Shown: positions 17,866 through 27,302 of the stretch, piece after piece
Numbering within the stretch: position 1 is the stretch's first letter
Layout: each line of letters starts with the position of its first letter
DNA from: an uncultured Clostridia bacterium
GTDB lineage: Bacteria; Bacillota; Clostridia; Christensenellales; Aristaeellaceae
Direction: 5' to 3'
DNA length: 64,000 nt
Assembly (NCBI GenBank): GCA_947596085.1
Contig: CANQEW010000006.1
Coordinates: 6,977 to 70,976 of the forward strand
Program-made: the position numbers and the translations under genes
Notes under the pieces: model-generated
Seen by the model: only the letters and a program-made list of their open reading frames with translations
Databases searched by the model: none
Told to the model about the DNA's origin: nothing

Positions 17866-19764
17866 TTAACGTTTTCCTGCATCCGGCGGGAATTTTTTCG
17901 CGCGGGCCGCGGATTTTGTCGCGGGCTTTCTTCCCGTCCGGCGGACGGTAAATTCGTTTTCGAAGCGCACGCCGGGGCTGGCGGCCTTCGCCGCGTCCAC
18001 CAGGAAGATCGAAAAGCGGTTGATGCCCTCCAGAAAGCGCGCCGATTTCGCGCCCCGAAGCGTGGGATCGTCGAAGCCCGCCATGGCGGAGAGCGCTCGC
18101 TCCCACTTGCCGGTGGTGGCGGCGCTGGCGATCTGTTCAGGCACGATGGAGATGAGCTTTCTTCCCTTCTCCGTGGAAAACAGCGTCTTGCCCGAACGCC
18201 TCGCGTAGCCCACCTGAATCAGCCGCTCGATGATCGCCGCCCGGGTGGCGGGCGTGCCCAGCCCGGAGTCCTTCATCTGCTCCCGCAGCGCCTCGTCCTC
18301 GATCTCTCGCCCGGCGTTCTCCATCATCTTAAGGATCGAGGCGTCGGTGTGGCGCTGGGGCGGCTTGGTCTTGCTGGCCTTGACGCTTGCCTTCTGCACC
18401 GTCCGCTTTTCGCCCACGCGCAGCTTTGGCAGCAGCGCCTCCCCCTTCTCCGGCTTGTCGCTTCCCAGCACCACGCGCCAACCCGGCCGGATGGGCGTGG
18501 AACCGGTGGACTTGAAGTCGTGCCCATTGACCCGCGTCACGAGCCTCGCCGCCTCGTACTCGTAGGCGGGGTAGTGGGCGGCGATCACCCGGCGCACCGT
18601 CAGATCGTAGAGGTTGCGCTCGTCCGGGGAGAGCCCTGCCAGATTCGGCGCCTTCTCCGTGGGCACGATGGCGTGGTGGTCGCTGATCTTGGAATTGTCG
18701 TAGAAGCGCTTGTTGTGCATGGCCGCGTCCATCTCCGGAGCGGCAACGAGCGACGCGTAGGGCTCCGGCAGCCGCGCGAGCGCCGCGCGTATCTTGGGCT
18801 GCATGTCGTCGGGCAGGTAGCGGCTGTCCGTGCGGGGATAGGTGAGCAGCTTGTGGCGCTCGTAGAGCGCCTGCGCCAGCTTCAGTGTCTTGTCCGCCGA
18901 GTAGCCGAACTTCTGGTTGGCCTCCCGTTGCAGCGAGGTCAGATCGAAGAGCTGGGGCGGAGGCACGCGCTTGCGCTCGGCTTCGCTCTCGACCACCTCG
19001 CCCTCACGCTTGACCGTCTCCACCTTCACGCGCTCGGCCAGCTCTTTGGTATCCGCGCGCGCCTCCTTCGTCTCGGGGTTTACCCAAAGTCCTTCGTAGT
19101 CGCCGAAGTTCGCGCGAATTTCCCAGTAATCCTTCGGCACGAAGTTTTCGATCTCCAAATCGCGCTTGACGATCAGATTCAGCGTGGGCGTCTGCACGCG
19201 CCCGATGGACAGGTGCGCGTTGTAGCGCAGCGAATAGGCGCGGGAGGCGTTCATGCCCACCAGCCAATCCGCGACGCTGCGGCAGCGGGCGCTCTCGTAG
19301 AGGGCGTCGTAGGCGGCAGAGGGGCGCAAATTCTCGAAGCCCTGGCGGATGGCCGCGTCGGTCATGGAGGAGATCCACAGCCGCTCCACGGGCTTGGCAC
19401 AGCCGGAGAGCTGGTAGATGTTGCGGAAGATCAGTTCGCCCTCCCGGGCGGAGTCCGTGGCGCAGATCACCGAGTCGATCTTCTGCGAGCGCAGCAGCTT
19501 GCGCACGATCTCGTACTGCTTCTTTGTGTCGGGCAGCGCCTTCAGCGGGATGTCAGCGGGCAGCATGGGCAGATCGGCCATATTCCACTTCTGCCAGCGC
19601 TTGTCCACCTCCCCGGGCTCGCAGAGGGATACCAGGTGTCCCAGCGCCCAGGTGATCACGTATTCCTCGCCGTAGAGATAACCCTCGCCGCGCTCCTTCA
19701 CGCCCAGAACCCGGGCGATGTCCCGCGCCACCGAGGGCTTTTCCGCGACGATCAACTTCTTCAT
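17866..19764 (-). CDS. topB: DNA topoisomerase III
   Basis: MKKLIVAEKPSVARDIARVLG (Toprim), ITWALGHLV, ATDSAREGELIF, SIGRVQTPTL. No TopA-type zinc-finger tail. Confidence 0.9.
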   Translation of the reverse strand: MKKLIVAEKPSVARDIARVLGVKERGEGYLYGEEYVITWALGHLVSLCEPGEVDKRWQKWNMADLPMLPADIPLKALPDTKKQYEIVRKLLRSQKIDSVICATDSAREGELIFRNIYQLSGCAKPVERLWISSMTDAAIRQGFENLRPSAAYDALYESARCRSVADWLVGMNASRAYSLRYNAHLSIGRVQTPTLNLIVKRDLEIENFVPKDYWEIRANFGDYEGLWVNPETKEARADTKELAERVKVETVKREGEVVESEAERKRVPPPQLFDLTSLQREANQKFGYSADKTLKLAQALYERHKLLTYPRTDSRYLPDDMQPKIRAALARLPEPYASLVAAPEMDAAMHNKRFYDNSKISDHHAIVPTEKAPNLAGLSPDERNLYDLTVRRVIAAHYPAYEYEAARLVTRVNGHDFKSTGSTPIRPGWRVVLGSDKPEKGEALLPKLRVGEKRTVQKASVKASKTKPPQRHTDASILKMMENAGREIEDEALREQMKDSGLGTPATRAAIIERLIQVGYARRSGKTLFSTEKGRKLISIVPEQIASAATTGKWERALSAMAGFDDPTLRGAKSARFLEGINRFSIFLVDAAKAASPGVRFENEFTVRRTGRKPATKSAARAKKFPPDAGKR

Positions 19765-19786
19765 ATCGCACTCACACTCCGCCTCT

Positions 19787-19815
19787 ATCATAGCAGTTCG
19801 CGCGCCGCCTTGCAA
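19787..19815 (-). promoter_or_regulatory. Sigma-A-type promoter for topB
   Basis: Minus strand reads TTGCAA-17 nt-TATGAT. Confidence 0.55.
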
Positions 19816-19826
19816 GCATAGGCTTA

Positions 19827-19861
19827 AACAAAAAGCGCCGGGCGGATGCGCTCCGCCCGGC
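19827..19861 (-). terminator. Intrinsic terminator of the esterase gene
   Basis: Minus strand reads GCCGGGCGGA-gcgca-TCCGCCCGGC followed by GCTTTTTGTTT. Confidence 0.8.
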
Positions 19862-19882
19862 TTCAATGAATCCGCAATGGGA

Positions 19883-20791
19883 TCAGCCCATCTTTGACTT
19901 CAGATAGTTCACGATGTCCGTGTTCGCCTGCACGCTCTCCGCCCATTCAACGTCGCTGATATTGAATACGTGCTGGAGCTGGTTCTCCTGGCTTTCGTAG
20001 CTATGCAGCTCGTGGGGAATGTTCTTCTCCGTCAGGTATTCGTCAAACATCATCGCCTCCTCATAGAGTATGGCGTCGTCCGGGGTGGTGACGATGTAAA
20101 CCTCAGGGTAGGTGGCGGGATCGATCAGCTTAAGCAGATCAACCTTCGCCATCTGCTCCTCGTCCCGGAGGACGGGCTCGATGCGTTCGGCCGCGAAGGA
20201 GCGGAAGCCCTGATCCGCGCCGACCAGCGCCAGATCGCCCATCAAGTCCACCTTCGGGCAGGTCAGCACCCACGCCTTGGGCGTATAGGAGGGCGCGGTC
20301 ACATCGAAGCTCTGCCGCAACTCCTCGTTGGAGAGCAGCAGCGCCGTCATCTCCACGATGAAGCCGCCGGCGCTGTCACCGCTGACGAAGAGGTTGTTCG
20401 TGTCGAGGTGGTATTCCTCGGCGTTATCCTCGATCCAGTGCAGCACCGTGAAGACCTCCTGGAAGAGGTTCACGAAGTCGCCACCGGGCAGGTGGGTGTA
20501 GTTGGGCGTGACCACCGCAAAGCCGTTGTCCGCATAGAACTGGCTGTGGGCCGTGTTGGTCTCCTTGGTGCCGCCAAAGAAGCCGCCGCCGTGAATTTCC
20601 AGCACGACGGGCTTGGCCGCGCCGCCCTCTTCAAAGCCAAAGACATCCAGCGTATGATCCTCGTTGCCGTCGTCAATGTAGGGGATGCTTTGGATGTAGT
20701 CCACTGCCGGAGCCTCCTCGGCTTCCGACGCGAACGCCACAGAGCCGAGGCAGAGTACGAACGCCAATGCCAGTGTGAGCACTTTCTTCAT
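19883..20791 (-). CDS. Secreted alpha/beta-hydrolase (carboxylesterase/lipase-type)
   Basis: Signal peptide MKKVLTLALAFVLCLGSVAFA, oxyanion HGGGF and nucleophile elbow GDSAGG. GGGAGAGG RBS. Confidence 0.8.
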   Translation of the reverse strand: MKKVLTLALAFVLCLGSVAFASEAEEAPAVDYIQSIPYIDDGNEDHTLDVFGFEEGGAAKPVVLEIHGGGFFGGTKETNTAHSQFYADNGFAVVTPNYTHLPGGDFVNLFQEVFTVLHWIEDNAEEYHLDTNNLFVSGDSAGGFIVEMTALLLSNEELRQSFDVTAPSYTPKAWVLTCPKVDLMGDLALVGADQGFRSFAAERIEPVLRDEEQMAKVDLLKLIDPATYPEVYIVTTPDDAILYEEAMMFDEYLTEKNIPHELHSYESQENQLQHVFNISDVEWAESVQANTDIVNYLKSKMG

Positions 20792-20850
20792 GTGCAACCC
20801 TCTCCCTTTCAAAAATGAATTTCAGACTGCTTCATACAATCCCTAATTTT

Positions 20851-20879
20851 ATTATACTGAATCATAACAAACCCGTCAA
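20851..20879 (-). promoter_or_regulatory. Sigma-A-type promoter for the esterase gene
   Basis: Minus strand reads TTGACG-17 nt-TATAAT. Confidence 0.55.
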
Positions 20880-20997
20880 GCGTCGAGAGGCCGTGCGAGG
20901 GGCGGGGGGCTTGTATAATCCGGGCGCTTGTGATAAAATGATAGCGCACGGATGGGGTTTTCATCCAAGGATTTGACGTGAAGCGGAGGGGCGTTGC

Positions 20998-21726
20998 ATG
21001 GCGCGCGCGGACTTTTCGGGCAGGGTCGCGCTGCTGACGGGCGCGGGCGGCGGCATCGGCCGCGCGCTGACCCTGCGGCTGAGCGCGATGGGCTATGCGC
21101 TGGCGCTCGTGGGCCGCAGCGAGGAGAAGCTGCGGGCCGTGGCGGAGGAAGCAAACTGCGCGCGGCCGCCGCTGCTGCTCCCGGGCGATCTGACCGATCC
21201 GGCGTTTTTGCAGGGCGTGGTGGGCCGCGTGGTGGAAAACTTCGGCAGGCTGGACGTGTTGGTGAACAACGCGGGCGTCTGCTTCGTCAAACCGCTGGAG
21301 GAGACCTCCTACGCCGAACTGGACGCCATGATGAAGACCAACGTCTACGCGCCCTACCTGCTCTGCCGGGACGCGCTCGCGCCGCTGCGGCGGTCGGACT
21401 GCGCGACGATCATCAACATCGGCTCGGTGGTGAGCCACGCGGGTTATGCCACCCAGTCCGCTTATGGCGCGGCCAAGCACGCGCTGCTGGGCATGACGAA
21501 AGCGCTGGCGACAGAGGTGTATTCGGACGGCATTCGGGTGCACATCCTCTGCCCTGGCGCGGTGAACACCGAGATGGCGAAGACCATCTCCCGGCCGGAC
21601 ATCGACATGGACGCGCTGATCTCGCCGGAGGATCTGGCGGACGTGATGGAATTTCTGCTGACGCACAGGAGCAACGCGGTGATCGACGAGGTGCGGCTGC
21701 ATCGCGTTGGCAAGAAGCCCTTCTGA
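20998..21726 (+). CDS. Short-chain dehydrogenase/reductase (SDR) family oxidoreductase
   Basis: TGAGGGIG cofactor motif, NNAG and YGAAK catalytic motif. Confidence 0.9.
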   Translation: MARADFSGRVALLTGAGGGIGRALTLRLSAMGYALALVGRSEEKLRAVAEEANCARPPLLLPGDLTDPAFLQGVVGRVVENFGRLDVLVNNAGVCFVKPLEETSYAELDAMMKTNVYAPYLLCRDALAPLRRSDCATIINIGSVVSHAGYATQSAYGAAKHALLGMTKALATEVYSDGIRVHILCPGAVNTEMAKTISRPDIDMDALISPEDLADVMEFLLTHRSNAVIDEVRLHRVGKKPF

Positions 21727-21764
21727 CGCGGCGGAACGGTTACTCCAGGAAGGAAGGTACATAA

Positions 21765-23087
21765 GTGAAACGATTGCTTTGCGCAGTGACGGCGCTCTGC
21801 CTGCTGCTCGCCGGTGTTCCGGCGATCGCCCTGACCGGGGAGGAGGCGCTGGGGCTGGTAAATTCCGATAACGCGGCTCAGAATACCAACGCGAACTATC
21901 CAACGCTCCAGAAGGGCATGATGGACGGAGACGATGCGGGCGCGTACGTGGTCATGCTGCAAAACCGGCTGGCGGAGCTGGGTTATCTGCTGGGCAGCGC
22001 GGACGGGACCTTCGGGTCGATGACCGAGAGCGCGCTCATCAACTTTCAGGCGGAGAACGGCCTGACCCCCACCGGCATCGCGGACAATATTACCCAGACG
22101 ATGCTCTACTCCACCGCGGCGAAGCGTGCGCCCACGCAGGGACAGGGCGAGGAAAACGACGTATTTCTGGTGCAGCAGCTTCTGGCGCGCTGGGGCTTTC
22201 TGGAGAGCGCGCCGGACGGCGTCGCGGGCACGAGCACCGAGACGGCCGTGGCGGAATTCAAGAGCTACATCTCCACGAATCCGATTTATGCGGCTTACGC
22301 CGCGTCCACGCCCGAGCCGGTGGCGACCCTAGCCCCCGGCGAACAGCCCATCGCTGTGGATACGCCGATCAAGAGCACTGTGGAGGTCAACGGCCAGACG
22401 GGCGAGATCACCGATCAGGTGCTCAAGTTCGTCAACGGCGAGTATCCCTTTCAGGTGTATCAGACGACGCTGCAGTCTGGAAGCTCAGGCCCGGAGGTCT
22501 GGCGCGTGCAGCGCAGGCTGCGCCAGCTCAAGTACCTGTACAAGCCCGACGGCAGCTATGGCTCGCTCACGGTGGAGGCGCTGAAGTACTTCCAGCGCAA
22601 AAATGGCCTCACGGAGACCGGCATCGCCGACGAAGCGACGCAGACGAAGCTGTTCTCCATTGAAGCGATTCCTTCGGAGGAGTATGTGTTCCCGTACCGG
22701 ATCACCTGCAGCCTCGACCAGCAGCGCGTCTACATCTACGGCTGGGATGGCGCGGGATATACCAAGGAAATCGGATCCTGCAGGTGCTCCACCGGCCAGC
22801 CCGGTTACGAAACGCCCAAGGGCATCTATCAGTCCGGCGGCAAGTGCACCTATGACGAGTGGTATTATTTCACGCAGTACGACACATACGCGAAGTACGC
22901 GACGCGCATCGTTGGCGGCGTGCTGTTCCATTCAGTGCTGTATAACAACAACAAGCAGGGCCCGACCCGCAGCTCGGTGAACAGTCTCGGCCGTCCCGTA
23001 TCCCACGGTTGCGTACGCCTGCCCGAGGAGAACGCCAAGTGGATCTTTGAAAACTGCCCCGAGGGCACGACGATCGAGATCTATTGA
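21765..23087 (+). CDS. L,D-transpeptidase (YkuD domain) with three peptidoglycan-binding repeats
   Basis: Signal peptide; three PG_binding_1-like repeats (e.g. VVMLQNRLAELGYL...GTFGSMTESALINFQ); C-terminal FHSV...SHGCVRLP catalytic motif. GTG start follows GGAAGGAAGG. Confidence 0.88.
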   Translation: MKRLLCAVTALCLLLAGVPAIALTGEEALGLVNSDNAAQNTNANYPTLQKGMMDGDDAGAYVVMLQNRLAELGYLLGSADGTFGSMTESALINFQAENGLTPTGIADNITQTMLYSTAAKRAPTQGQGEENDVFLVQQLLARWGFLESAPDGVAGTSTETAVAEFKSYISTNPIYAAYAASTPEPVATLAPGEQPIAVDTPIKSTVEVNGQTGEITDQVLKFVNGEYPFQVYQTTLQSGSSGPEVWRVQRRLRQLKYLYKPDGSYGSLTVEALKYFQRKNGLTETGIADEATQTKLFSIEAIPSEEYVFPYRITCSLDQQRVYIYGWDGAGYTKEIGSCRCSTGQPGYETPKGIYQSGGKCTYDEWYYFTQYDTYAKYATRIVGGVLFHSVLYNNNKQGPTRSSVNSLGRPVSHGCVRLPEENAKWIFENCPEGTTIEIY

Positions 23088-23120
23088 CGATCAAAATCCA
23101 TAAAAGCGAATTCCCTGAAA

Positions 23121-23154
23121 GCGCCCCCTCAAGACTGCGGTTTTGAGGGGGCGC
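23121..23154. terminator. Bidirectional terminator
   Basis: GCGCCCCCTCAA-N10-TTGAGGGGGCGC, a perfect 12-bp stem. Confidence 0.7.
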
Positions 23155-23158
23155 TGCG

Positions 23159-23326
23159 TCAGGACTGTGCGGGCGCGGTTGGCGCGGGGGTGACGCGATA
23201 GATTTCGTTGCCCACCTGAATAGGGGCGTCCTCTACCACCCAGTAGCCGCATCCGCTGAGCGCGAGCGCCAGCAGCGCGGCCAGCAGTGCCAGCAGCGGC
23301 TTCGCGCCGCGAAAGCGTCTTGTCAT
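23159..23326 (-). CDS. Small putative lipoprotein (55 aa)
   Basis: MTRRFRGAKPLLALLAALLALALSGC has a lipobox LSGC. AAGGAG RBS. No recognisable family. Confidence 0.5.
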   Translation of the reverse strand: MTRRFRGAKPLLALLAALLALALSGCGYWVVEDAPIQVGNEIYRVTPAPTAPAQS

Positions 23327-23370
23327 CTTTGAAAGCTCTCCTTCCACTCCGGGATTTTTCAGGACAAAAT

Positions 23371-23400
23371 CGCGCCGCCGTTTTCGAAAAAACGGCGGCG
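23371..23400 (-). terminator. Hairpin after the orphan isomerase gene
   Basis: GCGCCGCCGTTTT-cg-AAAAAACGGCGGCG; minus-strand ATTTTG follows. Confidence 0.55.
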
Positions 23401-23418
23401 GAACGAGAATCGACTCAC

Positions 23419-24906
23419 TTATGCGAAAGGATTCTCACTCTTGTAGTACACGCCCTTGGGCTGGTTGAACTTCACGTTCTCGATGCCCAGCATCTTCATC
23501 ACGGTGAACAGCGCCTTGCCGTTCTTGCCGAAGGCCACCGCGCCGTGGTGCGGATAGCCGTCCTCGATCAGCACGTGGCGGTAGAAGCGGTTCATCTCCG
23601 GAATCGCGAACACGCCGATGCCGCCGAAGGAGCAGGTCTTGACCGGCAGGACCTCGCCCTCGGCCACGTAGGCCTGCAGCACGCTGTCCTTGTTGGCCTG
23701 AATGCGATAGAAGGTGATGTCGCCGGGGATGATGTCGCCCTCGAGGGTGCCGCGGGTGATGTCCGGCTCGCCGCAGTTCTCAAGGCCGCGGTTCATGATG
23801 AGCTGATACTTCATCGTGCCCTTGGTGAGGCGGCACATCGGGGTATTGCCGCAGTGGAAGCCCATGAAGGTCTCGTTGTGGCGATAGGGGAACTTGCCCT
23901 CGATGCTCTCCTTGTACATATCCGCCGGGACGGAGTTGTTGATGTCCAGCAGGGTGACGGCCTCGCCGGTCACGCAGGTGCCGATGAACTCGCTCAGCGC
24001 GCCATAGATGTCCACCTCGCAGGCGGTGCAGTAGCCCATGGCGGTCAGGCGGGAGTTGACGTAGCAAGGCACGAAGCCGAACTCCGTCTGGAATGCCGGC
24101 CAGCACTTGTTGGCGAGCACCACGTACTTGGAAGCGCCCTTGTTGGCCTCGATCCAGTCGAGCAGCGTGAGCTCATACTGCGCGAGCTTCGGCAGGATGC
24201 CGGGCATCTTGTTGCCTTCGCCCAGCTCTTCCTCCATCTCCTTGATCTTGGCGGGGATGCGGGAGTCGCCGGCGTGCTCGTGGAAGGTCTTGAGCAGGTC
24301 GAGTTCGGAATTCTCCTGAATGTTCACGCCCAGCTTGAACAGCGGCGCGATGGGCGCGTTGCAGGCCAGGAAGTCAAACGGACGCGGGCCGAAGGTGATG
24401 ATCTTGAGGTTCGCCAGGCCTAGCAGCGTGCGGGCGATCGGCACGAACTCTTCGATCATGTCGGCGCAATACTCGGCGTCGCCCACCGGATACTCGGGGA
24501 TGTAGGCGTTGATACCGGAGAGCTTCAGGTTGTAGGAAGCGTTCAGCATGCCGCAGTAGGCGTCGCCGCGGTCGCTGGACAGCACGCCGATATTCTCCTC
24601 GGCGGCGGCGATGTACATGGTCGGGCCGCCGAACAGCTTGGCGATGGCGGTCTCCGGGCCTTCAGGGCCGAAGTTGCCGAGGAACACGGTCAGCGCGTTG
24701 ATGCCGGACTTCTTGATGTCCTCATAGGCCTCCATCACGTTGGCGTCGATGCCGCCCTCGATGATGACCGGGCACTCATAGATGTCGAAGCCGCGCTTCT
24801 TGAGCACCTCGACGATGGCCTTGCGGCGCTTCTCGGAAAGGGAAATCGGGAAGCAGTCGCGGCTCACGGCCAGAATGCCCATCTTGACCTGGGGAATATT
24901 GTTCAT
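23419..24906 (-). CDS. L-fucose/L-arabinose isomerase family protein (orphan paralog)
   Basis: 495 aa. Shares the RGDAYCG / RRDAYCG, FHCGN / FHCGP and C-terminal HH..V.(F/V)GK motifs with the ORF at 42638-44041. GGAGGT RBS. Confidence 0.8.
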   Translation of the reverse strand: MNNIPQVKMGILAVSRDCFPISLSEKRRKAIVEVLKKRGFDIYECPVIIEGGIDANVMEAYEDIKKSGINALTVFLGNFGPEGPETAIAKLFGGPTMYIAAAEENIGVLSSDRGDAYCGMLNASYNLKLSGINAYIPEYPVGDAEYCADMIEEFVPIARTLLGLANLKIITFGPRPFDFLACNAPIAPLFKLGVNIQENSELDLLKTFHEHAGDSRIPAKIKEMEEELGEGNKMPGILPKLAQYELTLLDWIEANKGASKYVVLANKCWPAFQTEFGFVPCYVNSRLTAMGYCTACEVDIYGALSEFIGTCVTGEAVTLLDINNSVPADMYKESIEGKFPYRHNETFMGFHCGNTPMCRLTKGTMKYQLIMNRGLENCGEPDITRGTLEGDIIPGDITFYRIQANKDSVLQAYVAEGEVLPVKTCSFGGIGVFAIPEMNRFYRHVLIEDGYPHHGAVAFGKNGKALFTVMKMLGIENVKFNQPKGVYYKSENPFA

Positions 24907-24933
24907 GTTGCATTACCTCCTCAAAAATTTATG

Positions 24934-24956
24934 ATGTGATCCATCTGGTTTCACAT
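24934..24956. repeat. Inverted repeat ATGTGA-N11-TCACAT in the 5' UTR of the orphan isomerase gene
   Basis: Perfect 6-bp arms between the predicted -10 box and the RBS. Confidence 0.5.
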
Positions 24957-24970
24957 ACGTCCACAAAACT

Positions 24971-24999
24971 ATCATAGCAGTTTTCGGCCAGTTCGTCAA
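24971..24999 (-). promoter_or_regulatory. Sigma-A-type promoter for the orphan isomerase gene
   Basis: Minus strand reads TTGACG-17 nt-TATGAT. Confidence 0.55.
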
Positions 25000-25047
25000 G
25001 CGGAAAAACAGCATCAACATGAGGGCAACTTTTTTGCCAGAGCGCAC

Positions 25048-25079
25048 AAAAAATCCGCCCGAAGCTTGCCTCAGGCGGG
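25048..25079 (-). terminator. Intrinsic terminator of asnS
   Basis: Minus strand reads CCGCCTGAGG-caag-CTTCGGGCGG (includes G-U pairs) followed by ATTTTTT. Confidence 0.7.
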
Positions 25080-25093
25080 AGTGGTTTATAGAA

Positions 25094-26491
25094 TTAGAAG
25101 TCGGCGTTTCCGGTGGTGCGGGGGAAGGGCAGCACGTCGCGGATATTGGCGATGCCGGTCAGATACATGATCATGCGCTCGAAGCCCATGCCGAAGCCCG
25201 CGTGCTCTGCGGTGCCGTACTTGCGCAGCTCCAGATACCACCAATAGTCGTCGGGGTTCATGCCCAGCTCCTCGATGCGCGCCTTGAGTACGTCGTACCT
25301 CTCTTCGCGCTGGGAGCCGCCGCAGAGCTCGCCCACCGCCGGTACCAGCAGATCCGCCGCCGCGACGGTCTTGCCGTCCTCGTTCATGCGCATGTAGAAC
25401 GCCTTGATCTCCTTGGGCCAGTCGGTCACAAACACCGGCTTGCCGAAGTGCTTCTCGGTCAGATAGCGCTCGTGTTCGGTCTGCAGATCCTCGCCCCAGG
25501 CCACGGGGTATTCGAACTTCTCGCCGGACTTCTGAAGAATGTCGATGGCGTCGGTGTAGGTGCAGCGCACGAACTCGCTGTCGCGCACGAACTTCAGGCG
25601 CTCGATCAGGCCCTTGTCCACGAAGCTGTTCAGGAAGTTCATCTCCTCGGGACACTCGTCCAGCACGGCGGAGATGATGTATTTCACCATGTCCTCCTGC
25701 AGGTCCATGTCCTCCTTGAGCGTAGCGAAGGCGATCTCCGGCTCGATCATCCAGAATTCCGCGGCGTGGCGGGGCGTGTAGCTGGCCTCGGCGCGGAAGG
25801 TTGGGCCGAAGGTATACACGTTGCGGAACGCCATGCAGAAGATCTCCGCGTTGAGCTGGCCGGACACGGTCAGCGACACGGGCTTGCCGAAGAAGTCCTT
25901 GGAAAAGTCGGTCTTGCCGTGCTCGTCGAGCGGGCGCTCGTCCGCGTCCAGCGTGGTCACGCGGAACATCTCGCCCGCGCCCTCGCAGTCGCTGCCGGTG
26001 ATCAGCGGGGTGTGCACGTAGACGTAGCCCATGTCGTGGAAGAAGCGGTGAATGGCCTGCGCCGCCACCGAGCGCACCCGGAACGCGCACTGGAACAGGT
26101 TCGCGCGCGGGCGCAGATGCTGAATCGTGCGCAGGTATTCCAGCGTGTGGCGCTTTTTCTGCAGCGGATAGTCCGCCGGGCTTTCGCCGACCACGGTGAC
26201 GCTGTCGGCCTTGAGCTCGAAGGGCTGCTTCATTTCGGGGGTGAGCGTCAGCGTGCCCACGACCTCGATGGCCGCGCCCACGCCGATGGCCTTGACGGCC
26301 TCGCGGTAGTTGGCGAGCTTCTCCGGCTCCAGGATGATTTGCAGATTGCGGAAGTAGCTGCCGTCGTTGAGCTCCACGAAGGCCAGCGCCTTCGATTCGC
26401 GCAGCGTGCGCACCCAGCCGTTGACCTTGACGTCCGGCAGATCGGTTTCGGGAATTTTCGTATACAGTTCTCGCACGAGATAGTGTTTCAT
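25094..26491 (-). CDS. asnS: Asparagine--tRNA ligase
   Basis: N-terminal OB fold [23 protein letters not shown]; class II motifs [21 protein letters not shown] and [15 protein letters not shown]. Confidence 0.95.
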   Translation of the reverse strand: MKHYLVRELYTKIPETDLPDVKVNGWVRTLRESKALAFVELNDGSYFRNLQIILEPEKLANYREAVKAIGVGAAIEVVGTLTLTPEMKQPFELKADSVTVVGESPADYPLQKKRHTLEYLRTIQHLRPRANLFQCAFRVRSVAAQAIHRFFHDMGYVYVHTPLITGSDCEGAGEMFRVTTLDADERPLDEHGKTDFSKDFFGKPVSLTVSGQLNAEIFCMAFRNVYTFGPTFRAEASYTPRHAAEFWMIEPEIAFATLKEDMDLQEDMVKYIISAVLDECPEEMNFLNSFVDKGLIERLKFVRDSEFVRCTYTDAIDILQKSGEKFEYPVAWGEDLQTEHERYLTEKHFGKPVFVTDWPKEIKAFYMRMNEDGKTVAAADLLVPAVGELCGGSQREERYDVLKARIEELGMNPDDYWWYLELRKYGTAEHAGFGMGFERMIMYLTGIANIRDVLPFPRTTGNADF

Positions 26492-26524
26492 TTCGCTTCC
26501 CTCTTTCAGCGGTATCTTTTCCCA

Positions 26525-26553
26525 ATTATAGCGCTTTCAAACGCGGATGTAAA
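26525..26553 (-). promoter_or_regulatory. Sigma-A-type promoter for asnS
   Basis: Minus strand reads TTTACA-17 nt-TATAAT. The leader is too short for a T-box. Confidence 0.55.
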
Positions 26554-26563
26554 GTTTCCAAGG

Positions 26564-27127
26564 TTAAAAGAACAGATGCTCGATCAGAATTTTCAGCCCG
26601 ATCAACATCAATATCGCGCCGCCTGCGAGTTCCGCGCGCCGCTTCCACTTCGCGCCGAACACGCCGCCCAGCCGCACGCCCAGCGCCGAGAGGACAAACG
26701 TCACCGCGCCGATGAAGCTCACCGCGGGCAGGATGCGCACCCGCAGAAATGCGAACGTGACGCCCACGGCCAGCGCGTCGATGCTGGTGGCCACCGCGAG
26801 CAGCAGCATGGTCTTCATGCCGAAGGAGCCGTCCAGCGCGTCGCCCTCATCGCCGTCCCCCAGCGCCTCGCGGATCATGTTGAAGCCGATCAGCCCCAGC
26901 AGGATGAAGGCGACCCAGTGGTCCACATGCTCGATCATCGAAGAAAAGCGTGCGCCCAGCAGATAGCCCAGCAGCGGCATCAGCGCCTGAAAGGCGCCGA
27001 AGTACGCGCCGCAGGCCAGCATATTTCGGGGCTTCACGCGCTCCACGGCCAACCCCTTGCACACCGAGACCGCGAACGCGTCCATAGATAATCCGACGGC
27101 CAGCAGAAACAGCTCCAGCGGAGACAA
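26564..27127 (-). CDS. mntP: Manganese efflux pump MntP
   Basis: (M)SPLELFLLAVGLSMDAFAVSV...SIDALAVGVTF, the duplicated MntP motif. The TTG start at 27127 lies 7 nt after GGGAGGGA. Neither track ATG (27193 or 27163) has an RBS, and both lie upstream of the predicted -10 box. Confidence 0.85.
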   Translation of the reverse strand: MSPLELFLLAVGLSMDAFAVSVCKGLAVERVKPRNMLACGAYFGAFQALMPLLGYLLGARFSSMIEHVDHWVAFILLGLIGFNMIREALGDGDEGDALDGSFGMKTMLLLAVATSIDALAVGVTFAFLRVRILPAVSFIGAVTFVLSALGVRLGGVFGAKWKRRAELAGGAILMLIGLKILIEHLFF

Positions 27128-27154
27128 GCGGACATCCCTCCCATATTTCCACTT

Positions 27155-27183
27155 ATTATACATCGCCGCGGGCGCGCCCGCAA
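27155..27183 (-). promoter_or_regulatory. Candidate promoter for mntP
   Basis: Minus strand reads TTGCGG-17 nt-TATAAT, about 28 nt upstream of the TTG start. Confidence 0.4.
27168..27181. repeat. Perfect 14-nt GC palindrome inside the mntP promoter spacer
   Basis: GCGGGCGCGCCCGC. Confidence 0.6.
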
Positions 27184-27302
27184 GCGTTTCCATTCTATGC
27201 GGCCGGCGCTATTTTCAAAGCGCTAACAGAAGAAGACTGGTAATATAAATATAAGGCTCCTATAATACGAAATGTGAGTATCAGACATTCAAAGGAGTTT
27301 CC

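Noticed and set aside
27128-27302. A yybP-ykoY Mn riboswitch upstream of mntP.
   Set aside because: The conserved GGGGAGUAG and UUGACAUA-type elements are not visible on the minus strand, and the predicted -10 box leaves only about a 20-nt leader.
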